A DNA stretch of 64,000 nt from Malacoraja senta (taxonomy: Eukaryota). The notes under the pieces were generated by a model. The model was given only the letters and a program-made list of their open reading frames with translations. It searched no databases and had not been told where the DNA came from. This document shows positions 54,221-64,000 of this stretch, piece by piece (positions within the stretch are counted from its first letter, which is position 1; every line of letters starts with the position of its first letter). Location: positions 3,660,001 through 3,724,000 of the forward strand of contig CM075997.1 of the NCBI GenBank assembly GCA_038087875.1, given 5' to 3'. The position numbers and the translations under genes are program-made.

Positions 54221-54849
54221 TGCTTCAATCTTCAAACGGTTCAATCTGAAAACGCCTAACCAAAATGTTGTCTGTCCATTCCCTCCAGAAAGTCTGCCTT
54301 ACTGCCGAGTTACTCTGACATTTTGTGTGTTCACAATATTTTCTGTTTTTATTTCAAATTTGCAGCGTCTGCAACATTTTGCTTCAGCACTGTGCAGTCC
54401 AGTGATTAGACCGCTGACCAGGTAATTCTGTACCTCTTAACATTGCTTCAACTTAACAAGCCAGGAGGGAGGAGATGTGCAGGACGGAACTGCAGATAGA
54501 TTCAAAATGCTGGAGTAACTCAGCGGGACAGGCAGCATCTCTGGATAGAAGGAATGGGTGATGTTTCGGGTTGAGACCCTTCTTCAGGCCGTGAGTCAGG
54601 GGAGAGGGAGACACAGAGATAAGGAAGGGTGCGCTGTGAAGGCGAGACATCAAAAGAGATGCGGTTCAAGGAAAAATGTGGAATAGATCAGTTAGCAAGG
54701 AGAAGGTGGCAACAAAGCAAACAGATAAAATGTAAGCAGGGGAACAGTTAGACTGGTTGGAGAACTGGGAAGGGGGATGGATGGAGAGAGAGGGAAAGCA
54801 AGGGTTAGAGAAAGAGGAGTCTGTCTCAGTAAATGTCACCTTGAAAAGA

Positions 54850-55486
54850 TCATCCACTCATTTATCTCCTCCTGCATTGATTACTGCAACTCCCTTTACA
54901 CTGGCATTAGCTAATCATCCCTGTCCCGCCAGCAATTGGTCAAAATGCCGCCGCGGGACTCCTGACGGGTACCCGAAAAAGGGACCACGTCACCCCGATT
55001 CTGGCCTCTCTCCACTGGCTCCCAGTGCGGTTCCGAATCAATTTCAAGCTCTTCCTTTATGTCAACAAAGCCCTTAACGGGCTTGCCCCCACCTACATCA
55101 AAAATCTGCTAACCCACCACACCACCTCCAGGGTCCTCAGGTCGGCCGACTTGGGGTTACTGAACATCCCGCGGTCCAGGCATAAGCTCAGGGGCGACCG
55201 CGCTTTTGCGGTTGCAGCACCTAGACTGTGGAACAGTATCCCTCTTCCCATCAGAACTGCCCCCTCCATCAACTCCTTTAAGTCTAGACTTAAAACTTAT
55301 TTCTACTCTCAAGCCTTTCTTGAGGTCCTCTGAGGGAGCGCTGTATGTATGTATGTATTTATGTATGTATTGTTAGATCTATGTACACTGTATGTAGCAT
55401 GTTAGTACCTGCACTGATGTAAAGCACTTTGGTCAACGAGAGTTGTTTTTAATGTGCTATAGAAATAAAATTGACTTGACTTGACT
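54850..55486 (+). mobile_element. L2-clade LINE 3' fragment
   Basis: LHWLPVRFRINFK..ALNGLAPTY..LRS..GDRAFAVAAPRLWNSIP and (ttgac)n tail. Confidence 0.88.
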
Positions 55487-55560
55487 AGTTACTGGGTGTG
55501 ATTGAGTGTACAACCCTGTGCCATTTCCATTATGCTGAACCAAAGGCACTCATATACAGT

Positions 55561-55787
55561 TTTTAAGAAGGAACTGCAGATGCTGGAAAATCGAAGGTAG
55601 ACAAAAGTGCTGGAGAAACTTAGCGGGTGCTGCAGCATCTATGGAGCGAAGGAAATAGGCAACGTTTCGGGCCGAAACCCTTGAGCGAAGGAAATAGGCA
55701 ACGTTTCGGGCCGAAACGTTGCTTATTTCCTTCGCTCCATAGATGCTGCTGCACCCGCTGAGTTTCTCCAGCACTTTTGTCTACCGA
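55561..55787. mobile_element. Palindromic insertion of the Penelope-type repeat
   Basis: Inverted arms and a 14-bp direct repeat CACTCATATACAGT (55547-55560, 55788-55801). Confidence 0.75.
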
Positions 55788-57501
55788 CACTCATATACAG
55801 TATGAGTACTGATTGGGGATGATCAGCCATGATCACATTGAATGGCGGTGCTGGCTCGAAGGGCTGAATGGCCTACTCCTGCACCTATTGTCTATAGTAC
55901 CATCAACAAATATTGTTTAACTGAATTCATAATTCATTTTAAATACTCTCAATTCCACCTAATCTCCTGGCCGCTGACAGGAATGCACCAGCTGGTGCGT
56001 GGAAACTTTTAATCAAGCTGAGTTGCTTTTTCCCCACTGTAATTCTTATTAAAATATAATACCTGATTTAAAATGGGATCTAATAATTTTCCCACATCTG
56101 GATAATGAGACCAGTTTTAGCTCATAGACTGTTGACTTGGTCCCATTCAGCATTCATCCCGATCTTTCCACAGCTCAGTCTCTCTGTCACTGACCAAGGG
56201 CTATCTGTCTACGCATCATCCCACTGTGGCTTTGACATTGAACAAAGCACGGCGTCAGCTGGCTGCACTCTGATGGAATTGCTCAAAACCTGATGCTGTT
56301 CACCTCTAAATGTTTAATACCTGCTCTTCATTCCATTGACTTCCAAAAGCCAGTGAAGCAAAGAGAGACGAAATGTGTCGGAAGGAACTGCAGATGGAGG
56401 TTTCAACCGAAGGTAGACTAAAAAAGCTGGAGTAACTCAGCGGGACAGGCGGCATCTCTGGAGAGAAGGAATGGGTGACGTTTCTGGTCGAGACCCTTCT
56501 TCAGACTGGAGATGGTTGGGATTTTTGATGGGGGGGGGGCAGGGGGATGAAATGATGGGTGGAATATTGAAAAAAATGGATGGGTGAATGATGGTAGGGA
56601 GCTTTTATACAAAGTATTTTAGGGGGGGAAAGCTTGTATTTTCACCGTTATGAACTCAATATCATATTTTCTTTGCATTGCTTTCCACTGGTGGCGCAGC
56701 GGTAGAGTTGCTGCCTTACAGCGCCAGAGACCAAGGGTTTGATCCTGATTACGGTTGCTGTCTGTTACAGAGTTTGTACGTTCTCCCTGTGTGTGGGATA
56801 TTGTTGGTGTATGGGGGTGATCGCTGGTCGGCGCGGACTTGGTAGGCCGAAGGGACTGTTTCCGCGCTGGATGGATTGGGTCGAACCCTTCTTCAGACTG
56901 AATGAACCTTCAATCAGTCTCAAGGAGGGTCCTGCCCTGAAACGTCGCCTGAATATTTCCTTCCACAGATGCTGCCTGACCCACTGAGTTCCTCCAACAT
57001 ATGCGATTTGCTTAAAGTTCCTGCATCTGCAGCTATTGATGTCAACCTCCAGTTTAAATTCCATTTGGAATATTTTGGAGGACCAAGAAACCAAGAACCA
57101 AGAACCCAAAACAGCTGGTTCATGAGAGGTACAATTACTGAACTGGTGGGTTAACTTCTGTCACGCTGCAACTTATTAGTTTAGAAACATAGAAAGATTA
57201 AAAAATAGCTGCAGGAGTAGGCCATGCGGCCTTTCGAGCCAGCACCACCATTTAATATGATCATGGTTGATCATCCAAAATCAGTACCCTGTTCCTGCTT
57301 TCTCCCCATATCCTTTGATTCCATTGGCCCCAAGAGCTAAATCTAACTCTCTCTTGAATAGTTGTGTTTAGTTTAGTTTATTGACATGTGTACCTTTTGT
57401 TGGTTTCTATATTATTTAGAATGAGTTAAGTTGTAAACTGTGTTATAGAGTCACAGAGTGATACAGTGTGGAAACCGGCCCTTCGCCCCAACTCGCCCAC
57501 A

Positions 57502-57701
57502 NNNNNNNNNNNNNNNNNNNNNNNNNNNNNNNNNNNNNNNNNNNNNNNNNNNNNNNNNNNNNNNNNNNNNNNNNNNNNNNNNNNNNNNNNNNNNNNNNNN
57601 NNNNNNNNNNNNNNNNNNNNNNNNNNNNNNNNNNNNNNNNNNNNNNNNNNNNNNNNNNNNNNNNNNNNNNNNNNNNNNNNNNNNNNNNNNNNNNNNNNNN
57701 N
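57502..57701. other. Assembly gap (200 N)
   Basis: Run of exactly 200 N, so the true distance across it is unknown. Confidence 0.99.
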
Positions 57702-57918
57702 ACCGGCAAAACGTGAAACTTGCACTGATATTAACCCCGATAGATGTTTAAAACAATTTGCAAAATGGTCGACCCGGAAATCAAGGGCCATGTTTCAAAG
57801 CCATTCATAGAGATTTGGGGAAATCTTCTCCCAAGGATAAAACGACATAGAAGACATATCGATCCCACGGTGATCACCCAGACAAAAACGGTGTGTTCAT
57901 GGGGAGAAATAAATAAAT

Positions 57919-58604
57919 TGTGTGTGTATGTGTATGCGGGGTGTGTGGGAGCGACTGTGAGTGTGTGAGCATGTGTGTGTGAGCATGTGTGTGTGAGTGT
58001 GTGAGTGTGTGTGTGTGAGAGAGCGACTGTGAGTGTGTGAGTGTGTGTGTGAGAAAGAGCGAGAGCAAGAGACGACGTGAGCGTGTGTGTGTGTGAGACT
58101 AAATGTGTGTGTCTGAATGTGTGATCGTGTGTGCTTGTGAGAGAGACTGTGAATGCGTGTGAGCATGTACGTCTGAGAGACTTAATGTGGGTGTCTGAAT
58201 GTGTGATCGCGTGTGTACGTGTGTGTGAGCGTGTGTGTGAGAAACAGTGAATATGTGTGAGCATGTGTGTGAGAGAGATTGATTGTGTGTGTGAGTGTGT
58301 GTGTGTAGTGTGTGAGTGTGTGTGAGTGTGTGTGTGTGTAGTGTGTGAGTGTGTGTGAGTGTGTGTGAGTGTGTGTGAGCATGATGTGTGTCTGTGTGAG
58401 AGACTTGTGTGTGAGTGTGTGTGTGTGTGTAGTGTGTGTGAGTGTGTGTGTGTAGTGTGTGTGTGAGTGTGTGTGTGAGTGTGTGTGTGTAGTGTGTGAG
58501 TGTGTGTGAGTGTGTGTGTGTGTAGTGTGTGAGTGTGTGTGAGTGTGTGTGAGTGTGTGTGAGCATGATGTGTGTCTGTGTGAGAGACTTGTGTGTGTGA
58601 GTGT

Positions 58605-58638
<34 letters not shown>

Positions 58639-58695
58639 GTGTGTGTGTGTGTGGTGAGCATGATGTGTGTGTGCGAGAGCGTGTGTGAGTGTGTT
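57919..58695. repeat. Complex (GT/GA)n low-complexity tract
   Basis: Directly visible, with an internally repeated gagcatgatgtgtgtctgtgtgagagactt block; produces the His/Thr pseudo-ORFs. Confidence 0.95.
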
Positions 58696-58879
58696 TGCAC
58701 TGCGTTTAAACCTATAATATCTAAACTCGACCAATGCCTGGGATTAATCTCGATACACGTTGACTTTCTATCCTGTACACCATGATAGATATTATAGATG
58801 TTGACTACCTTGATAGAATTCCAGCATCTGTCATTAAATATTTCAAAAGTTGGGTGGTGAAAAGTTGGAGCAGTAGTGT

Positions 58880-60130
58880 TATGTTTGCAGGCAGGGAGTG
58901 GGGAGTAAAGACAGGAGCGGGTGCGGGAGGGGTAGCGAGGTCGGCTCGGGTCCGGTCAGCGGGAGATCGCTTGTTCCACAACTAACAGCCTGACTTCTGC
59001 CACGACACGTGGGCTGGAGATACGAGGGCGAGATAAGATGAGACGCTCGCGTCTTTTTTTTGCATTTGTTTTAATCTTCCCCCACCCCCCCCCCACCCAC
59101 CCCCCCACCACCACCACCGCCACCCCCCACCCTCCTTCCTTTTGTCTTGAAGCTGTAGCGAAGCGTGGCCGGGCTGCCCAGTCTATGGACTCCGGCAGAT
59201 GAGGCACGCGTCTCATTCATTACCATGACAATGCCGAGGGCCGAGAGAGAGCAACAGTTTGTAAATCTGCTGCCTCGCTCGGTGTGCGAGCCTCTCTATG
59301 CGAGCGAACATGTGGCCACTCCAGCGCCACAACCTTGCCAATAAAACGCTGCAGCAACCAGCGATCAATTCATCAATAATTCTCCCGAAGCGTGCCCATA
59401 TATTAATGCCAACAGTCAGTCCCGAGCTAAACAGAAAAAGACTGATGCTACCTACACTGGACATCATCCTCCACCTTTATTAGAGGACGGGGAATAAATA
59501 AAAGCTTTTTGACACATCGCCAGCTTCTGCCCCTGAGATCCACATCCTCATTTTGCGTGTTCTGCAAGCACTGTTTTCCCGCAAAATCTGACATCTGATC
59601 TGGGGTTTCGTTTGTGGAAAGTCCGGATGACCAAACCCAAGCAGTTTTACCAGCGAAGAGCACTTTGTTTTGTGACTGTTGGGATATTTTAATTAATGCC
59701 TCGCCCTGCCGATGAATTAAATAAAGGCTAAAGTTCGGCGGACGAGGGGGGGGGGGGTGAAAAAATAGCAACATTCCCCTGTGTTATGACTGATGGATGG
59801 TAGTTTTGAAAACAATTATACAAAGGTATCTGTGTCTGGCGGGACGGGGTGGTCGCTGGAGCAGATGGTCGCTGCAATGACTCATAAACCCTGATTCGTG
59901 TTCGTGGGGCAGGTTGGGGGGTGAGGCGGGCAACAGAGGGGCCGCCAGCTTGTAACTCCACTCGGGCAGAGAAGGATCCGGGAGCCAATCGATTAAAATC
60001 GCCCGATACTCTTTTCTTTAAAAAAAACCAACCAAAATCAACTCTTGGAAAAGTGTAGGCGACAGGTGAGATCGCCCCTCACCGGGAAAGTGACCCGTTC
60101 GTGCGAGGGAATGGGGGAGAGGGGGAGAGG
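58880..60130. promoter_or_regulatory. CpG-rich, repeat-free upstream region (candidate proximal regulatory region)
   Basis: Visible CpG enrichment and absence of the SINE/LINE repeats that fill the rest of the window. No formal CpG ratio was computed. Confidence 0.5.
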
Positions 60131-61149
60131 GAGTTTGCAATTTGTTTTGGAATCAAACGCAACTTGTAAACTGAGATATTCTGCGGCAAAAAAAACCAAC
60201 TCGAGGTGTTGGTGGATTTAAAAAAAAGCTGGTTTCTGTGGAGCAGGGCAGGTGTTATGATATTATCATACAGCTGAGTACAGACACAGGGACAACGGCA
60301 GAACAATCCCACCTCCCCAACCCCCTCTGGAGAAAGAAAAATACCCCTAGTATTTCACAATCATTAACTCCCCCCTCCCTTCTAGAAAAACACCCCCTCC
60401 TCTCTCTTCCCCGACACATGCGTCAAGACAATCAGAGTTGTGCATTTAATTTAAAGCGTCGGCCTCAGGAAAGCGGCAGAGCAAACAATGATATCTTCAA
60501 CAAAAAAATGACCAGAAAGTTCAATAAAAAGTTGCATTTAAAATAAAAATGCGATTTGCATTTTCAGAGAATCATATTTTTATATTTAGAACACACCCAC
60601 CCTATCCTCAAAACGACAATGTAACAATCTCGGCGTTTCCAATGGGCAGAGAATCACAGCCGATTTATTGAAACATTCATTCCATCGCAGTGGGCAATAA
60701 TCAATTTTATTAATAAAAAAAAGTTCCATGAATTTTTAACCAGGACGAAATCCTTTCACGGGTTAACCCCCGCGAAAGGATTCAAATCGAAAGATTTATT
60801 TGTGTTTTTTTTTTAATCGTAGGTGGTTTATTTATTTAGAGAATCAAAGTCGCCACAAGTTTGAAAGTTGGGAAATGAATCAAAATCCTAGATCCATCAC
60901 AGGAACTTTTCTGGAACTTGTTTGAATGTGAAAACGAATCCAAAATTAATGACTTTGAATGAACTCACGTGGGAGTCACAGAACTGGATGAGCTAAGAGT
61001 TAATTACTTAAAAAAATAGTTTCGGATGTTGGGTTATTTTTTTTTGTCTTTCCCACTATTTACCCCCCCCCCCCCCTCCCACCCCCAACTCTCTGAATTG
61101 CATTTGGCCGTCAGAGAGGTGTTGAGAGCTTTTGCTCGCGATCACAGAC

Positions 61150-61487
61150 TCCTGACAGCGTGTGATTGACGGAATCTCGCACCCGACGGAAGCATATAAA
61201 GGGACGTGGCCGGCTGCCTCGCCATTCAAACACAGCAGAGAGACAGAGCGAGAGGGGAGCCCACGGAGCGCTGACGTCCACGGGAGTTAATAAAAGAACA
61301 AACAAAAAAAAACCTCAGCCCAGATTGATATCACAAAACGGAGAGGCAACCAAGTCTCTCCTGAATTCAGTCGACGCTTTGGAGAATTCTTCGACTTAAA
61401 CATTTGCTGTGTTATTGTCCGATAACGCTGACTCGGCTTGGATTGTATCTGCCCTAGCTTGCTGGACAGAGGCACTTTCTATTCAGG
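61150..61487 (+). promoter_or_regulatory. Core promoter and probable 5' UTR of the Delta-like gene
   Basis: TATAAA at 61195-61200, Inr-like CCATTC with its A at 61224 (29 nt after the TATA start), CpG-rich context, ATG-free leader up to 61488. Confidence 0.65.
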
Positions 61488-61535
61488 ATGGCTGCAGTTT
61501 TCTCGTGTGTCGTATTCCTGTTGTCCGTTGCCCAG
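61488..61535 (+). CDS. dlc: Delta-like exon 1 (signal peptide [16 protein letters not shown])
   Basis: Strong Kozak context AGGATGG, 16 mostly hydrophobic codons, donor CAG|gtaaga, no upstream ATG between the TATA box and this start. Confidence 0.85.
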
Positions 61536-63115
61536 GTAAGAGTTCAATCCTGAATAACCCAATTTCTCTCACAAACCCCTCTCTTGCTCACACCTTTAAA
61601 AAAAAAAAAAAATCTTAATTCTTCATTGCTTTCTTTTTTTTTTTTTTTTAAACCCCTTCCTCAGACTTTTTCCACCGGCATCTTCGAGCTTAAAGTGGAC
61701 TCGTTCAGCAGCCGACAGTCTGGGTTGTCCCGCAGTTGTCAGAGGGGACAGCAGTGCGGTCGTTTCTTCCGGGTGTGTCTCAAGCATTACAGGTCAACAT
61801 CTCGCCTGAACCCCCATGTACCTACGGAGCTGGCAACACACCCGTCTTGGGACCAGGAGACGACATGGTGCGCGACAGCGAGCCCATCCGGATCCCCTTC
61901 CAATTCACTTGGCCGGTAAGTATCGCCGCAGCGGGTAGAGAGAGCTACTGCCTCATAGCGCCGGTTCGATCCCGACCACGGGTGCTGTCTGTACGGAGTT
62001 TGCCCGTTCTCCCTGTGACCTGCGTTGGTTTTCATCGGTTTCCTCCCAACACCCTCCAATATGTAAAGGTTTGTCGGTAAATTGGCTTCGGTTTAAAAAA
62101 AAAAAAATGTGATTTGTAAAAAAAGATACTGTTAATGTCCGGGAATCGGTGGTAGCCGCGGAATCGGCGGGCCGAAGGGCCTGTTCCGCGCTGTATCTGT
62201 AAACTACAAGGCGCTAAGAAACGTTTCAATGTAAACTCTTTCAGACGCGGCTGGAGTTTGGGATGACCATCTTCGATTTAAATTTTCAATAATTTGTGGT
62301 ATTGGATTTTGTAGAGTTTTGCAAGTTAATATAAAGGTTGGAACTGTGCAGAAGAGAGGGGCGGTTGATGCGGGAGAGAATATTGTAGCGCCTAAGGGTG
62401 TCCGAGTAAGTTAGAGTGACAAATTGTTTGTTTTTACTCTCTGCAGGGAACTTTCTCTCTGATTATCGAGGCATGGAATGCGGAATCCAACGAGCCCAGC
62501 ACCGGTAATCAATTCTCACTCTTATTACCAGAGGGCGCAGTTCATCAGAGTCCGGCCGCGTTCAATGTATCCGTTCAATACTCTTTGCCGAAGAGAGACA
62601 GACATGCATGCTGGAGTAACTCAGCGGGACAAACAGCATATCTGGAGAGGAATGGACGGGTGATGTTTCTGAAGAACCCATCCCTTCTCTCCAGAGATGC
62701 CGCCTGTCCCGCTGAGTTACTCCACCATTTAAACCAACATCTGCAGTTCAACACTCTTTGCGCCCGCTCCCCGCTCCCCGCACTCGCCCTTCAGATGTAC
62801 CTCCTTTCTCACCTTCTCCCCCTTTTTTCTCTCCCCCCCCACCACCCCATATCAACAGATAACCCCCAGAACTGATCAGCCGCCTGGCCACCGGTCGCCG
62901 CTTGGCTATAGGCGAGGACTGGTCTCAGGACGTCCAAACGGTGGAACAGAGCGAACTGCGCTACAGTTACCATGTGGTATGCGGCGAGTTTTACTACGGC
63001 GAGGGCTGCTCCGTCTACTGCCGACCCAGAGACGACAACTTCGGCCACTACACCTGCGACGAGACCGGCCAGCGAGTCTGCCTGCCCGGCTGGAAGGGCG
63101 ATTATTGCTCGGAAC
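61488..63115 (+). CDS. dlc: Delta-like Notch ligand, DeltaC/Delta-2 (Dll3-lineage) type; exons 1-4 join(61488..61535,61665..61915,62447..62504,62859..63115), partial, two 1-bp frameshifts as written
   Basis: Signal peptide, then N-terminal C2/MNNL motifs [42 protein letters not shown], then [19 protein letters not shown] and an intact DSL domain. All introns are GT-AG with phases 0,0,1,1, as in vertebrate Delta genes. The [16 protein letters not shown] and SELRYSYHV signatures and short C2 loops fit DeltaC/Delta-2 better than Dll1/Dll4 (recalled, not searched). Confidence 0.9.
61665..61915 (+). CDS. dlc: Delta-like exon 2 (C2/MNNL domain)
   Basis: Polypyrimidine tract plus cag acceptor. [14 protein letters not shown]...FFRVCLKHY, then after a 1-nt shift [13 protein letters not shown]...IPFQFTWP. 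Donor CCG|gtaagt. Length is 251 nt, one short of a multiple of 3. Confidence 0.9.
61925..62207 (+). mobile_element. HE1-like SINE in intron 2 of the Delta-like gene
   Basis: ggttcgatcccgac head through gctgtatctgtaaacta tail. Confidence 0.8.
62447..62504 (+). CDS. dlc: Delta-like exon 3 ([19 protein letters not shown])
   Basis: Acceptor tttttactctctgcag, conserved GTFSLIIEA motif, phase-1 donor G|gtaatc. Too short to appear in the ORF track. Confidence 0.92.
62859..63115 (+). CDS. dlc: Delta-like exon 4 (end of C2 domain plus DSL domain)
   Basis: [46 protein letters not shown] is a six-cysteine DSL domain. Acceptor caacag, phase-1 donor C|gtaagg. Length is 257 nt, one short of 258. Confidence 0.93.
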
Positions 63116-64000
63116 GTAAGGACCACCTCCCTCTCTATTGTGCTTTAGAAATTAAACTGCTGGAGAGAAAACACACACACACACACACGCACACACACAC
63201 AGCGTTGGAGGAAGGAACATAAAAGACAAAATGCTGGAGTAACTCCGCGGTTGGTGCTGCCTGATCCGCTGAGTTGCTGCCAGCAGTGTAGGCACAGAGA
63301 ACTGCAGATGCTGGTTTACAAAAAAAAAGACACAACGTGCTGGAGTAACTCGGCGGTTGATGCTGCCTGACCCGTTGAGTTACTCCAGCACTTTGTGTCT
63401 TTTTGTTGTTGTTGTAAACCAGCACCTGCAGTTCCCTGTATGTCCAGTGCTGGAGGAACTGGAGGGATTGGACCCAACCCTTCTTCAGACCCAACCCGTA
63501 ACTTTGTCTATCCATTCCCATCCACAGATGCTGCCTGGCCCGCTGAGTTCTCCAGCACTTTGTGTTTTGCTCAGGTTTCCAGCGTCTGCGGTTCCTCGTG
63601 TGACCAGACCTCTGGAGGAACTCGGCGGACCAGCGAGAAAGTGATAGTCGACGTCTTATTTCCGTTTTCTCCAGCAGTTTGTTTTTTTGTTATTCCCAAT
63701 TACAGCATCTCTAACACAAGTGTCTCTATTCTGCTGCTTGTCCGCCGGGATATTTTCCAGAAATCAATTGACCAAAAGACATACAAATTTGTCGGCTAAT
63801 TGGCTTTGGTAAAGATTGTAAATTGTCCCTGGTGTGTGTAGGGTAGTTAGAGAACAACAAATATATGATGTGTGATAGTGCAAACTCACACCCTCAAAAT
63901 CTTATTTGCAGAAATTAAATCTTGCTTTGACAATCTTTCTTGCTTTAACCCTACTTTAATATTGAGGTTTGGGGGCAATTCTCAATTGTAAATTTGGGGG

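Noticed and set aside
57731..58734. His/Thr-rich minus-strand ORFs
   Set aside because: They are translations of the CA-rich low-complexity tract.
61781..62880. Programmed frameshifting or RNA editing to rescue the Delta frameshifts
   Set aside because: No slippery sequence was seen and I know of no precedent for this family; sequencing error or pseudogenisation is simpler.

Overview
Eukaryotic, repeat-dense vertebrate DNA. The repeat set (tRNA-derived HE1-type SINEs, CR1/HER1-type LINEs, Rex1, L2, L1 and Penelope-type remnants) points to a cartilaginous fish, probably a skate or ray (inference). The only supportable host gene is at the 3' end: the promoter and first four coding exons of a Notch ligand of the DeltaC/Delta-2 (Dll3-lineage) type on the + strand (61488-63115, remaining exons not seen here). 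As written, it carries two single-base deletions that break the reading frame (exons 2 and 4), either consensus errors or real pseudogenisation. The ~58 kb upstream is a gene desert of nested mobile elements with a few unique islands that may be enhancers. The most notable non-gene signals are: (1) a very abundant short repeat carrying a minimal hammerhead-ribozyme core (CTGAAGA-A-stemII-GAAAC-GTC), often inserted as head-to-head palindromes with 10-19 bp target duplications; (2) a group of CpG-rich PIF/Harbinger-type MITEs sharing terminal tips but with different interiors, plus a fossil Harbinger transposase; (3) hAT and Tc1 MITEs with clean target-site duplications; (4) several local templated or inverted duplications. 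There is a 200-N assembly gap at 57502-57701. Almost all ORFs in the supplied track are spurious or LINE fragments. Family names come from recalled motifs, not database searches.
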